The notes: a model not told the origin generated them from the sequence alone. A stretch of 64,000 bases of DNA from Nannocystales bacterium (GCA_050633305.1 JBOEGF010000018.1:512001-576000), one strand, 5' to 3'; counted from the first letter of the stretch, positions 27,516 through 37,940 are shown. Translations and numbers: made by a program.

Positions 27516-29342
27516 TTAGTCGCGGCGACGTCGGAGGCCGAGGACGAGTCCGAACAAGACGAGGGCTGCCGGGGCTCCATCGTCGCCCGAGGTGCAGCCA
27601 CACCCGTCGTCACCGTCATCGACGCCGGTGCCGATGGAGTCGGACGAACCATCGGTATCCGACGCCGCCGTGGTGGCCGTGTCGGAGTCGGACTCCGAGG
27701 TCTCGCCTACCGAGTCGGAGTCCGAATCGCTGGTGCTGTCATCGGCTCCGCCGCCAGAGCTGTCGCCGGCACCACCGCCCGTGGTTCCGCTGGCTTCGCC
27801 CTCGAAGTCGATGACGATGTCGGCCAAGACCTGTGGCTCGGTCAGCGGTTCTTCGCCCGTGCAGCTGATGTAGTCGTAGGTCCACTGCGGCGTGATGACG
27901 TAGGCGTCTTCGGCGGGCGCGCCTTCGGAGCGAACGACGAACTCGAGCTGCTTGGCGCCATCGACAGCAACGTCACCGATGGCAACGCCCGCGGCCAGTC
28001 CAGCCGCATCGACCCCGTTGCCGTCGATGTCGCCGTCGTTGCCATCGATGGCGAAGCTGTCCAGGGTGAGGCCGTCTGGAAGCTGTGCCTGGAAGATGAC
28101 TCCAGTCGCGTCGGACTCGCCCATGTTGGCGATGTCGACGGTGACCGTGGAGGTCTCGTCGATTGCGAGGGTGGTGGGGGCGGCCGCCGCGGCAGCGCTC
28201 GAGAGGTCAGGTGCGTTGACCTCGATGCCGAAGGCCACCACCGTGGGGATGTATGAGTCGCTCGCCGTTTGGGTGCGGATGACCGCTTCGGTCTGTCCGT
28301 TGGCCAGCTGGTTGTCCGCGGAGTTGACCGAGACACGGGTGATGTCCCAACCCTGGCGGCCACCGATGACATTGTCGCCTGCGATCGCGTCGTGGTTGAG
28401 GTCGCCGGCAGTCCCTGCCATGTCGAGGGCACCGTCCGCGTCGTTGAGCTGCGAGCAGAAGAAGTTGTCCTCCGGGTTGTTGGGCCCGGCCAGGTTTACG
28501 AACGGCCCGGCTGCGCTCTGGGCAATTGCGAAGCTGTCGCCCTCGCGGTCTGCGTCACCTTCCATTGCGCTGACGACCGCGTAGCCGTCGAAGTCGCCTT
28601 GGGGCGGGGTGCAGAAGCCTTCGAACTCGTAGTCCTCGGTGGAGTCTTCGTCGACGTAGGAGCCTCCGACGAAGATGGTCAGGTTGCGGACCTGCTCACC
28701 CGCGGTGCGGTACGCGACGACGAGCGTCCACCCTGCGGTGTTGAGCTCGTCGATGAGTGAGTCTTGCGTCGCAGGGACGCCTTCGGTGGCGTAGAACCCC
28801 GCGCCGTGTACGGAGACGAACTCCGTGACGTCGGCGGAACGCATGTAGTTGTTGACCGGGAACCCCTCGTTCGCGGTCTCCATGATCGTGAGCGCGGTGG
28901 TCGGGTCGGGGTCGACGACCAGCGAGTCGCCTCCGAAGGAGAGCGTCACGGAGCTGTCGAGATCGCCGGTGACGTCCTCGCTGCCATAAAACGTGCTGCC
29001 GCCCCAGATCAACTCGGCGTAGAGCACCTGCGTGTTGTCTCCGGGGAGCACCAGCTCGCCGTCGGAGCCATTGAGGGTCCAGTCGTTCGTGGTGCCGTCC
29101 CCCCATGGGTTGCCCACGTTGGCTGGGAAGTCATCGATGCTGGTCTCATCGAGGGTGAGGAACGTGCCGATCGAGTCTTCTGTTCCGGGGCTGTTGAGGT
29201 CGAGCGCCTTGCTCAGACCGAGGGTGTTGCCGGTCGCGACGATGTTGCCGGCGGCCGTTTCCCGGAAGCGAAGCTCAGACGCGTCGGCGGCGGTCGACGC
29301 GAGGCCCACCGCAAGGCAAGTCAAAATAGAGGAGCGTCTCAT
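27516..29342 (-). CDS. Secreted surface protein with MYXO-CTERM sorting signal
   Basis: Signal peptide; YAELIWGG; C-terminal GCGC...hydrophobic...RRRR. Confidence 0.8.
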   Translation of the reverse strand: MRRSSILTCLAVGLASTAADASELRFRETAAGNIVATGNTLGLSKALDLNSPGTEDSIGTFLTLDETSIDDFPANVGNPWGDGTTNDWTLNGSDGELVLPGDNTQVLYAELIWGGSTFYGSEDVTGDLDSSVTLSFGGDSLVVDPDPTTALTIMETANEGFPVNNYMRSADVTEFVSVHGAGFYATEGVPATQDSLIDELNTAGWTLVVAYRTAGEQVRNLTIFVGGSYVDEDSTEDYEFEGFCTPPQGDFDGYAVVSAMEGDADREGDSFAIAQSAAGPFVNLAGPNNPEDNFFCSQLNDADGALDMAGTAGDLNHDAIAGDNVIGGRQGWDITRVSVNSADNQLANGQTEAVIRTQTASDSYIPTVVAFGIEVNAPDLSSAAAAAAPTTLAIDETSTVTVDIANMGESDATGVIFQAQLPDGLTLDSFAIDGNDGDIDGNGVDAAGLAAGVAIGDVAVDGAKQLEFVVRSEGAPAEDAYVITPQWTYDYISCTGEEPLTEPQVLADIVIDFEGEASGTTGGGAGDSSGGGADDSTSDSDSDSVGETSESDSDTATTAASDTDGSSDSIGTGVDDGDDGCGCTSGDDGAPAALVLFGLVLGLRRRRD

Positions 29343-29443
29343 GCGGACAGTGTGGGCAAAGGGGCGACCGTGTTCTGTGAGCCCGCACCCGGAACGGCAA
29401 AAAACGCAGCCCACGCCAGATGCGCGGTCGGTATGTTCCGCGC

Positions 29444-30469
29444 ATGGAACCTACGCAGGCGGCAGACGCACGAGCGGGCCGAGCGCTCGCTTTGGTCCGG
29501 GGGCTTCAGTCGAGGTTTGCCGAAGGCCTCGGGGCGCTCCCGGGGGCCGCGCGATATCAGCCGGTCGAATGGGTTCGTGACGATGGGCGACACGGTGGTG
29601 GCGTACGCCTGGTGGCGCCCACGTGCGATGCGTTTAACCGCGCGTCGGTGAACGTGTCGCAGGTCCACTATGACGACGAACCCCAGCGAAAGCTCTCGTC
29701 GGCGACCGCCTTGTCGACCATCGTGCATCCTGCAAACCCGAGGGCCCCCTCGGTGCACATTCACATCAGCTGGACGTCGATGCGTTCGGGGTCGGCCTAT
29801 TGGCGGATGATGGCGGATCTCAACCCCGCGATCCTCGATGCAGGCGACCGGGATACCTACGACACGGTGCTTCGCGGAGCGTTGGGAGACGCGTACGCGG
29901 CGGGGCGGGAGAATGCAGACCGCTACTTCTACATCCCGGCGCTGAACCGTCACCGCGGGGTGTCGCACGTCTACCTCGAGGGGCACGACTCGGGTGACTT
30001 TGAAGCCGACCTCGGGTTGGCGCAGTCGTTCGGGGAAGCGGTGACCGACGGCTATGTGGAGCTTGCAGCGGCGGCGCTGGGGAGGACGTGGACAGACGAG
30101 GATGTCGTCGCGCAGCGGGCCTATCACACCGTCTACCTGTTCCAGGTGCTGACCTTGGACCGGGGCACCACATCGGGGCTCCTGATCCACGACCAGAATG
30201 ACGTCGGGATTCTCGGGTCGCTTCCGGCGGTGGTCGACGCGAAGCTGTTGCGTTCTTGGGCTGATGCGGTGCCCGACCCTCAGGTTCCACTCGTCCACGG
30301 CCTGGCCGACGCGCTCGGGGACGCGTCGGAGGCGGTGGTCGACGAAGCACGGAAGCGCGCCATGGCGCAGGTCGTTCGGCAGCACTACAAGGCGCACCCC
30401 GAAGCGTTGGAACACCAAGCGGCGGGTCCTGTCATTCCGACCACCGTGGCCAACCACGGCCGGACCTGA
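29444..30469 (+). CDS. hemF: Oxygen-dependent coproporphyrinogen III oxidase-like protein (divergent)
   Basis: GGG, HP.NP.APSVH, DLNP, YFYIP...RHRGV, DRGT..GL, SLP. Confidence 0.75.
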   Translation: MEPTQAADARAGRALALVRGLQSRFAEGLGALPGAARYQPVEWVRDDGRHGGGVRLVAPTCDAFNRASVNVSQVHYDDEPQRKLSSATALSTIVHPANPRAPSVHIHISWTSMRSGSAYWRMMADLNPAILDAGDRDTYDTVLRGALGDAYAAGRENADRYFYIPALNRHRGVSHVYLEGHDSGDFEADLGLAQSFGEAVTDGYVELAAAALGRTWTDEDVVAQRAYHTVYLFQVLTLDRGTTSGLLIHDQNDVGILGSLPAVVDAKLLRSWADAVPDPQVPLVHGLADALGDASEAVVDEARKRAMAQVVRQHYKAHPEALEHQAAGPVIPTTVANHGRT

Positions 30470-30476
30470 GCGGGCG

Positions 30477-31502
30477 CTACATCAGCCCGCGCTCGACGAA
30501 CGACGCTGCGGTATCGAGGATGGTCTCGGACGCGGGGCGGTACTCGATGCCAAGCACTGCCTTGGACTTGCTGTGGTCGAGTTGGCGGTGCACGTCGAGG
30601 TTGCGCCGGAGGAAGTCCCAACTCAGTCGCTTGTCGAACAAGGCCACGCCGTACATCGCGATGTTGGGCATCTGGTACCGAGGGATCTTGTGCTGCGGAT
30701 ACTTGGGGCGCAGTACATCGGCCAGCTCTCGCATCCACATGCCTTGATTCGAGAGAATGTGGCGACCCTGAGCCTCGGGCCGCCGCAGGGCCTCGACATG
30801 CGCTCGTGCAACGTCCCGGACGTCGACGATGTTGAAGCGAAACCGGGGCGCCAGCGGAAACTTGCCGGAGAGAAGGTCGTGCAGGACGTTGGGGGATGAG
30901 CGGAGGTGGGTCTTGGTGAAGATCGGTCCCAGCACCAGCGCAGGACTGATCGTGACCACGCGGTAGTCCGCGGTTTCGGCCCGTTTCCATGCCTCGCGTT
31001 CGGCGAGCGCTTTCGAGAGCGGGTACGGGGCCGTATGCACCGTGGCCGAGTCATTCCAGTCGTCCTCGGTAAACCGGTACGACGGGTCTTTCGCGTCGTC
31101 TATGATGGCCGCGATCGAAGAGGTGACCACGACGGTGTGCACCCCATCTGCGGCATCGATCGCGTCGAACACGTTGCGGGTTCCGTCGACGGCGACGTCC
31201 ACGATGTCGCGTTGGGGGTCGTCAGCACGCAGGCGCACGGAGGACGCGGCGTGGACAACCGCCTGACAGCCCTGCACCGGGCCGTGAAAATCGCCGGGCT
31301 TCATGAGGTCGGCGGCCACGAGCTCGAGCCGGTCCGCGCCATCGAGCGCCCGCAGGTGTGCCGTCTTGGCCGGGTCGTCCGGGTTGCGGACCGTGGCTCG
31401 CACCTCGAACCCCGCCTCGAGAAGCTGCTGCACAATATGTGAAGCGATGTAGCCGGACCCGCCGGTTACGAGGATGCGGTCGCCGGGGCGCAGAGCGGAC
31501 AT
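30477..31502 (-). CDS. NAD-dependent epimerase/reductase (DFR/CCR-like extended SDR)
   Basis: VTGGSGYIA, TSS, YPLSK.LAE. Confidence 0.88.
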   Translation of the reverse strand: MSALRPGDRILVTGGSGYIASHIVQQLLEAGFEVRATVRNPDDPAKTAHLRALDGADRLELVAADLMKPGDFHGPVQGCQAVVHAASSVRLRADDPQRDIVDVAVDGTRNVFDAIDAADGVHTVVVTSSIAAIIDDAKDPSYRFTEDDWNDSATVHTAPYPLSKALAEREAWKRAETADYRVVTISPALVLGPIFTKTHLRSSPNVLHDLLSGKFPLAPRFRFNIVDVRDVARAHVEALRRPEAQGRHILSNQGMWMRELADVLRPKYPQHKIPRYQMPNIAMYGVALFDKRLSWDFLRRNLDVHRQLDHSKSKAVLGIEYRPASETILDTAASFVERGLM

Positions 31503-31544
31503 GGTCCGGAGCCTCGCGTACCCGCCACGCGAGAGCAATCGGTG

Positions 31545-32363
31545 TCAGCGAGGTCGGGGCTGTACGCAGACGACCGATGCGATCTCCTGGTCCAGCCACG
31601 GCGATGAGCGGCGCGTGCGAGGGTCGTAGACGTAGATCGTGTCGTCGTGCGGCCCCCGTTGCCGGGTCCAGTAGGCGGAGCGCGGTGAAGCTTTGCCGCG
31701 GTGAATCTCGCGGGCCTGGGCCCGGGAGGGCAGCGACCAGCCGCCGAGTCCATCGACTTGCAGTCCAGAACATGCGGTCTTGGCATCCGTCCAGCCGAGC
31801 TCGTCCCCGTCGGCGGCCGGGACGGCGAAGTTCTCCCGGGAGCTCTGGACCCGTCCTTGCGAGAGTGCTCCGCGAAGCGTGCGGGCGGCTCGGGCGGCTC
31901 GACGAGCAGCCGCCGGGGACAACGGCTTGGGTGGTCGTACGACCTTCGGACGCGGCGCGGGTGTGGCTACCACCGGGGCCGACAGGTCAGGCTCTGGCGC
32001 GACTGCAGCGGGGGCGGGAGTGGCCTCGGCTGGCGGAGGTGGTTGTGGGGGGGTCGCGGCTTCGACCTTGTCCGGGGTCTCCTCGGGCGCGGGCTCTGGA
32101 AGCTCATGGACCCCTGCAGCGGCGACTTGCATTCGCGCCGCGGCGGCGGACGAAGGCGGGGGTGCGTGCGGGTGCGTACTCTGCTTGCCGCCGCTGAGCA
32201 CCAGCGCTGCGACGCATGCCACGGCCAGGACCGGGAGCACGCGGGTCGACAGGACCGAAGCGGTCTGCGACTCGGCTTCGTTCACAAATCCGAGCCACAG
32301 CCGGTCTGGGGTTTCTCGAGTGAACGGCAGCACGAGAACCGTTGTGGCTGGTCTTCGTGACAA
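31545..32363 (-). CDS. Hypothetical protein with Pro/Ala linker and DUF1566-like C-terminus
   Basis: TM segment; W.DA...C..L...G..GW.LPS, YWT, CV motifs; start uncertain (possibly 32285). Confidence 0.55.
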   Translation of the reverse strand: MSRRPATTVLVLPFTRETPDRLWLGFVNEAESQTASVLSTRVLPVLAVACVAALVLSGGKQSTHPHAPPPSSAAAARMQVAAAGVHELPEPAPEETPDKVEAATPPQPPPPAEATPAPAAVAPEPDLSAPVVATPAPRPKVVRPPKPLSPAAARRAARAARTLRGALSQGRVQSSRENFAVPAADGDELGWTDAKTACSGLQVDGLGGWSLPSRAQAREIHRGKASPRSAYWTRQRGPHDDTIYVYDPRTRRSSPWLDQEIASVVCVQPRPR

Positions 32364-32511
32364 TCACGCAACGCTCAGGCGAACCAGGTGTCGCGATCGT
32401 GCTGCCGTCTTGTGACGTTTGGAGCACGTCTCGTGACGGCCCGGGGCGGCCGAACCCCGAGACGGCACGTCGCGGGTCGTCGGGCCCGAAAGCGCCCTCG
32501 CGAGACGGCCC

Positions 32512-33159
32512 CTAGTCGTCGAAATGGAGGACTTGCCGGCTTCCGCGCGCGTGGATCTCGGCTTGGGGCTCCTGTGGTGCGATCTCCATCTTGCCTTCGA
32601 CTTGGTCGACCTTGGGCGGTGGCTCCGGAGGGGGCTCGGGCACCATCATGTCTCCGGCCAGCGGGATGGCCTCCGGCTCGCGAATCGGCGCCTCCCCCTC
32701 GACCATCTCCAAGGATTCCCGGTGTGCATCCGGCTTCTTGGGCTTGTCGCAGGGCTCCTTCATCTCGATGCCGCCGTCGACCACCTCGATGTCGTCCATC
32801 TTGGGGTCGTCACGGGGCGGGTCGCCATGCGGAGTACACGCGGCCAAGGCGACAGCCAGCCCCAAGCCCGCGGCGGCGGCGGCCGGCCGGCGGGACAGCC
32901 GGCCGAGCGGAACGAGCTGGGTTGGAGGTTCGGGTTTGAACTGGACCGTGCCGTCCTTCCGTCGCGCGTAACTCACGCACAGGTTCTTCCCAGCATTCTC
33001 GCTCATGAACGCGCGAGCCTCCCGCTCGGTCATGTTGGACAGCACGTGCACGTTCTTCTCGCAGTGTCCGCAGTGGCTCCGTTTGGAGCGGCGGTCAAAC
33101 CCGATGGCGTCGAGATCGATGGGGCAGGGGCCGGTGATCGGGAGGTTCTTGCTGTCCAT
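32512..33159 (-). CDS. Hypothetical membrane/lipoprotein with N-terminal Cys cluster
   Basis: PC...HCGHCEKNV..LS.MT..E...LC; internal LAAC; short G-D/E repeats. Confidence 0.7.
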   Translation of the reverse strand: MDSKNLPITGPCPIDLDAIGFDRRSKRSHCGHCEKNVHVLSNMTEREARAFMSENAGKNLCVSYARRKDGTVQFKPEPPTQLVPLGRLSRRPAAAAAGLGLAVALAACTPHGDPPRDDPKMDDIEVVDGGIEMKEPCDKPKKPDAHRESLEMVEGEAPIREPEAIPLAGDMMVPEPPPEPPPKVDQVEGKMEIAPQEPQAEIHARGSRQVLHFDD

Positions 33160-33257
33160 CGTGAAGAGTCGGCACGGATCAGGGTGCGATCCGATCTACC
33201 GATCAGCATCTTTTTTCCCCGTGCCGTGGTGGGCCGTAGCGTGCGGTATCGTCGCGA

Positions 33258-34721
33258 ATGGTCGCGGATACCGAAGAGGGCACCTTCTCGCCGGGTACGG
33301 TCTTCGAGGCCAAGTACCGGATCGAGCGGATCCTGGGCCGGGGCGGGATGGGGGAGGTCTACGCGGCCACCCATACGCTCTTGGACAAGGCCGTAGCCGT
33401 GAAGGTCTTGCTGCCCGAGTACGCCGCCGACACTGCAATGGTGTCCCGGATGACGAGGGAGGCTCGGGCCGCGAGTGCGACCGGTCACCCCAACATCGCA
33501 TTGGTCACCGACATGGGCTGGACCGGAGACCGGCCGTTCATCGTGATGGAGATGATCGAGGGCGAGACGCTCGAGAGCCGAATCGAGCGGGGTCTCGTTC
33601 CGGTGGATCTGGCGCTGACCTGGATGGATCAGATCCTCGACGCACTGGAGGCCGTTCACGCGAAGGAACTCATCCACCGAGACCTCAAACCAGCCAACCT
33701 CATGCTGACCCCGTCTCGCGAGGGGCCCCTGATGATCAAGGTGCTGGACTTCGGAATTTCGAAGAGCACCCAGGCCGACGCGGATGGAACCGGACATACC
33801 GGGACCGGACAGATCGTCGGCACGCCGCGCGCCATGGCACCCGAACAGGCGCGCGCGCTCTCCGATCTCGACGCACGGGCCGACGTTCACGCCGCCGGGG
33901 CGGTGCTCTACACGATGCTCACCGGGGCCTCGCCGTTTGCCGGGCCCACGATCATGGCCGTCTTGGCGAGGTTGCTCGAAGGGCGGTTCGAACCGGCATC
34001 CTCGCTCAATCCGTCGGTCCCGCCCATTCTCGATACGGTGATCGCCAAGGCGTTGGCCGTCGAACGCGAACATCGGTATTCGAGTGCTCGTGCGATGCGG
34101 CTCGCGCTGGCCGATGTGCGGACGCAACTCGATCGGGGAGTCGCGCGCGCTTCGATGGGCCCGCCCTCGATTCAAAGCGACGTGGACTTACCCCGAGACC
34201 GGACGCTGGAGACGCCCACTGGATCTCCGACGGCGGTGGAGCAACCCACGATCACCTCTGTGGCCGAGTCCTTCGAGACCCAACCGTCGGCGGCTGGCGA
34301 ACCCTCGCTTCAGCTTGATGTCCCCGATGGATGGGTCCCCGGTCAGTCCGCGGCGGCAACCTCGACGGCGCCACGTCGCGCACGGGTCTCGATCAATTGG
34401 GGCTGGTGGGTGACGGTCTCGGTCCTCTTGGCGGTTGCGGTGACCGCGTGGCTCAACTGGGACGCGCTGACCCTTGCCGCCGGGGACGTGGTCGATGAAG
34501 CAGGCTCGTCGGATCCGGTCTTGATCTTGGTCGACACCAAGCCAAAGGGGGCCATCGTCTTTGTCGACGGGGTTCAAAACGATGACCGGCCTCTGCAGAT
34601 CCCGCGCTCCCAGACCCCTGTGAAGCTCCGGGTCGTGGCGGAGGGCTATGAGCCTCGGGTGATGCAGGTCGTCCCCGAGCGGACGCGTCGGCTGAAGATC
34701 GAGCTCACCCGGAGCCGATAG
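33258..34721 (+). CDS. Membrane Ser/Thr protein kinase with PEGA-like C-terminus
   Basis: LGRGGMG, VAVK, HRDLKPAN, DFG, APEQ; TM helix; P.GA.VFVDG. Confidence 0.93.
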   Translation: MVADTEEGTFSPGTVFEAKYRIERILGRGGMGEVYAATHTLLDKAVAVKVLLPEYAADTAMVSRMTREARAASATGHPNIALVTDMGWTGDRPFIVMEMIEGETLESRIERGLVPVDLALTWMDQILDALEAVHAKELIHRDLKPANLMLTPSREGPLMIKVLDFGISKSTQADADGTGHTGTGQIVGTPRAMAPEQARALSDLDARADVHAAGAVLYTMLTGASPFAGPTIMAVLARLLEGRFEPASSLNPSVPPILDTVIAKALAVEREHRYSSARAMRLALADVRTQLDRGVARASMGPPSIQSDVDLPRDRTLETPTGSPTAVEQPTITSVAESFETQPSAAGEPSLQLDVPDGWVPGQSAAATSTAPRRARVSINWGWWVTVSVLLAVAVTAWLNWDALTLAAGDVVDEAGSSDPVLILVDTKPKGAIVFVDGVQNDDRPLQIPRSQTPVKLRVVAEGYEPRVMQVVPERTRRLKIELTRSR

Positions 34722-34762
34722 GTGCGCGCCGGCCCGTCACTTCGTCGGCCGCCGGTCGGCAG

Positions 34763-35821
34763 TTAGTCGGAAGACTTCAGTTCACCCGCCAGCGTCGACA
34801 GGTCGAACTGTCGCGTGACCATGGTGAGCTCGTTGACCTCGATGATGTCGAGCTCGCGGACCATGGTGTAGTCGGGCTCGTCGAAATCCCCCGGGACGAC
34901 CTCGACGAACTCGGAGAGGTCGAGGGCAGGGACGTCGGCATCGTGGTGTTGCGCCGCTGCGGGCCGCGGCGCGGGCTTGGGCGGCGGCGGCGGGGCGAAG
35001 GAGGTTTGCACCGCGAGGAGGCGGGCGTTGTTGGGGTTCCAGTTCAGCCCGCGTTCGACCAGACGCTTGGCCTCGTCCCGCGACGCCTCACTCTGGCTGA
35101 GCATGACCGCGAGGCGCGAGACCACCTCGGCGGCCTTGTCCTTGCGACCGAGCTCGGCGAAGGTTTCGGCCATGCGCTCGAGCGCGTCGGCGTCCCCGGG
35201 TCGCTGGTCGAGTAGGCTTTGAATCGTGACGGCCGCCCGGTGCAGGTCCTTTCGCTGCAGGTGCGCGCGCATCAGCATGCGCAGCGTGGGGATGTCGGCG
35301 GGGCGGTGCGTGAGGAGTTGGTCGGCGACGAAGATGAACCCTTCGTAGGCCTCGTTGCGGAACAGCTCAGTCGAAGCCTCTTCGAGTGCTCGGACCATCT
35401 CTGTGTGCTTGCCCAGGTTGACGTACCAGTCCATCACCTGTCGCCAGCGCGCGGGTGTGGGTTCCGCCATGGCGGCGAGGCGGTAGGCGTGTAAGCCGAC
35501 CTCGACCTTGCCTTGCTGCAACGCCACGTTGGCGGCCTGGTCGAGGGTGGTCGCGGCTTCGCGGGGCCGGTCGGCGCGATAGAGCATCTCGCCGACCTTG
35601 AGCTGCGTCTCGGAGTGCGGGCCTTCGAGACGCACGATCTCCGCATAGGCGCGCAGGGCGTTGCGAAAGTTTCCACGTTCCTCGGCCGCAGCGGCAGCTG
35701 TCCGGTACAAGCCGATCGCGGGCACCGTGTGTCCCTGACTGAGGAACGCCGCGGCCTGGGCCATGTGAACCTCGAAGTCGGACTGCTGCTGAGGCAGCGG
35801 TGGGGACGCGTATCGAGCCAT
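34763..35821 (-). CDS. TPR-like repeat protein
   Basis: Helical Ala/Leu/Tyr repeats with DP/NP turns. Confidence 0.65.
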   Translation of the reverse strand: MARYASPPLPQQQSDFEVHMAQAAAFLSQGHTVPAIGLYRTAAAAAEERGNFRNALRAYAEIVRLEGPHSETQLKVGEMLYRADRPREAATTLDQAANVALQQGKVEVGLHAYRLAAMAEPTPARWRQVMDWYVNLGKHTEMVRALEEASTELFRNEAYEGFIFVADQLLTHRPADIPTLRMLMRAHLQRKDLHRAAVTIQSLLDQRPGDADALERMAETFAELGRKDKAAEVVSRLAVMLSQSEASRDEAKRLVERGLNWNPNNARLLAVQTSFAPPPPPKPAPRPAAAQHHDADVPALDLSEFVEVVPGDFDEPDYTMVRELDIIEVNELTMVTRQFDLSTLAGELKSSD

Positions 35822-35986
35822 GCGAGGGTCTCGGGACCAAGGGCACCGGGGGCCGTTCGGCTCGCGGTCCGACCAGGGTATCAGGCCGGACCGCGCGACG
35901 GATCTAGGTTTTTGCGGCGCGGAATCGTCGCGGCAACGGCCCGACTTCGGCCTGAAAGACGGGTGATATCGGTCGATGCCGGGTCC

Positions 35987-37549
35987 ATGCATCGTGCGCT
36001 GTCGTCGCTGGCCTGGGTCTTCTTCGTACTGCCCGCCTGCGGGGGAACATCCGCTGCTGATGAGCCGCTGGGGGGCGGCCAAGGTGGAACAGGGGGTGTT
36101 GCAGATCCGTCGACTTCGGGGGAGGTCGACGGGAGCGAGGGATCGGAGGAATCCGGTCGCGGCGGCAGCGCGGGTGGTGCGACCGATGGCGATGACTCCT
36201 CGGGCGGATCGAGCAGCGGCGCCGCCGTGGAGGGGTTCTGCGGCGACGGGGTCTTGGACATCGGAGAGTTCTGTGATGACGGAAACGTCGACCCCGGTGA
36301 CGGCTGCGACCCTGACTGTACTCGCTCCGAAGGCGTCGCTTCGTTCTCCGTGGGGGCTTCTCACACATGCGCTGTGTCCTTCGAAGGCAGGGTCCGGTGC
36401 TTTGGTGACAACACGTACGGCCAACTCGGCACCGGAAGCACGAGGATGATCGGAGATGACGAAACCCCGCTCGATGCCGGGCTCGACGTGCAGCTTCCGC
36501 CCGTGACCCAGGTCGCCGCTGGAGACCGCCACACGTGCGCGGTCACCACGGAGCACGAGGTTTACTGTTGGGGGGCGAACGAGTCCGGCCAGCTCGGCCT
36601 CGGACACGACAAGACGTGGGGCGATGCTCCCGATGAGCCCCTGGAACCGGTCGGATTGGACGGCTTGGTCGGCGCCGTCACGGTTGGCGCTTCGCACACC
36701 TGTGCACGGATGTTCGGTGGAACCATTCGGTGCTGGGGCGACAGCTCGCACGGCCAACTCGGTCACGGGGATGCCTTCGCCGGGACGGTCGGAGCGGGGG
36801 AGGAGCCATACCCCGACGCCGTTGACAGTCCCGCGGTGGACTTCGGACCCGACAAGTCGGTTCGAGAACTCTCGGCTGGACGAGGAAACCACACCTGCGC
36901 GGTGGCGGCCTCCGGTGATGCTTTCTGCTGGGGCGCATCACAAGATGGACAGCTGGGGATCGGTTCTGGCAACCCTGCAGGACTCGATCGGACGCCGGCA
37001 CAGGCCGGGCCGGTGGGTGCTGGCTCGCCCGCCCGTCTCACCGTCGCGTCGACCCGGCACACGTGTTTGGTGACCACGGACTTCCAGCTCTCCTGCTTTG
37101 GTGACAACACATCCGGTCAGCTCGGCCTCGGGCACACGGACACGATCGGAGACGACGAAACGCCGGCCGCATCGCGGGTCGAACTGGGGGACGAACTCGT
37201 CCTCAACGCCGCGCTCAGCGACCATTCCACTTGCGCCCTCACATCCCACGGGACCGTCTTCTGCTGGGGTTCAGGCGCCTTTGGCCAACTGGGAGCCGGG
37301 TCGACGGAGGTCATCGGGGACGACGAGACGCCGGTCGAATCGGACGGGTTCAGCCCGGTCAAACTCTTCGGCGAGACGACCTCGATCTCCGCGGGTGCGG
37401 AGCACGTCTGCGCCCGAAGCGAGGACTCCCGCTTGCGCTGCTGGGGCCGCGGTGACGACGGACGTCTCGGACAAGGCGATGCCGAACTCGGGGCCTACGG
37501 TGACGATGCCGACGAGCGCGAGCCGCTGGTCGTGCGAATCTTCCGCTAG
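35987..37549 (+). CDS. RCC1/BLIP-II repeat lipoprotein with a Myxococcus Cys-rich repeat
   Basis: Repeated HTCA...CWG.N..GQLG; CGDG.....E.CDDGN...GDGC. Confidence 0.9.
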   Translation: MHRALSSLAWVFFVLPACGGTSAADEPLGGGQGGTGGVADPSTSGEVDGSEGSEESGRGGSAGGATDGDDSSGGSSSGAAVEGFCGDGVLDIGEFCDDGNVDPGDGCDPDCTRSEGVASFSVGASHTCAVSFEGRVRCFGDNTYGQLGTGSTRMIGDDETPLDAGLDVQLPPVTQVAAGDRHTCAVTTEHEVYCWGANESGQLGLGHDKTWGDAPDEPLEPVGLDGLVGAVTVGASHTCARMFGGTIRCWGDSSHGQLGHGDAFAGTVGAGEEPYPDAVDSPAVDFGPDKSVRELSAGRGNHTCAVAASGDAFCWGASQDGQLGIGSGNPAGLDRTPAQAGPVGAGSPARLTVASTRHTCLVTTDFQLSCFGDNTSGQLGLGHTDTIGDDETPAASRVELGDELVLNAALSDHSTCALTSHGTVFCWGSGAFGQLGAGSTEVIGDDETPVESDGFSPVKLFGETTSISAGAEHVCARSEDSRLRCWGRGDDGRLGQGDAELGAYGDDADEREPLVVRIFR

Positions 37550-37713
37550 CGCGGCGACCGGTTTTGAATCCGGCCTGCAACGCACGCCTCTGGTCACTTC
37601 TGGCTGCGTTGCTCGGCGCTCGACGGACCTCCAGTCCGCCTTCGGCCTCCCGCCTTGCCAAAAGCGCCCAGCGACGCACTCTGCAGGCCGTTTCAAACCG
37701 ATCGCCGCTCTAG
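37546..37713. mobile_element. MITE-like element 1 (CTAG-bounded, about 33-bp imperfect terminal IRs)
   Basis: TAGCGCGGCGACCGGTTTTGAATCCGGCCTGCA pairs with TGCAGGCCGTTTCAAACCGATCGCCGCTCTA; nested inner IR. Confidence 0.6.
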
Positions 37714-37910
37714 TACCTCACGCCCGAAGTTTCGTGCCGGGTTTCTGCGGCCCCCCCTTCGGGTGTGGGCGCCCTCCGAAAACCCGCGGTCGGTCAGGCC
37801 TGCGTTCGGTACTTTCCGTCTTTTCCGCTCCGCATCCCTCCGGGACGCCTCGCTCTGTTGCTCCGAACTCGTCGGAGAACCCGGAACGAACTTCGGAACT
37901 GAAGTGCGAG
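37710..37910. mobile_element. MITE-like element 2 (imperfect terminal IRs), sharing CTAG with element 1
   Basis: CCGAAGTTTCGTGCCGGGTTTCT pairs with AGAACCCGGAACGAACTTCGG; pairing extends toward both ends. Confidence 0.5.
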
Positions 37911-37940
37911 TCCAGCTTTCCTGTCGGCCCTCGTCGACTT

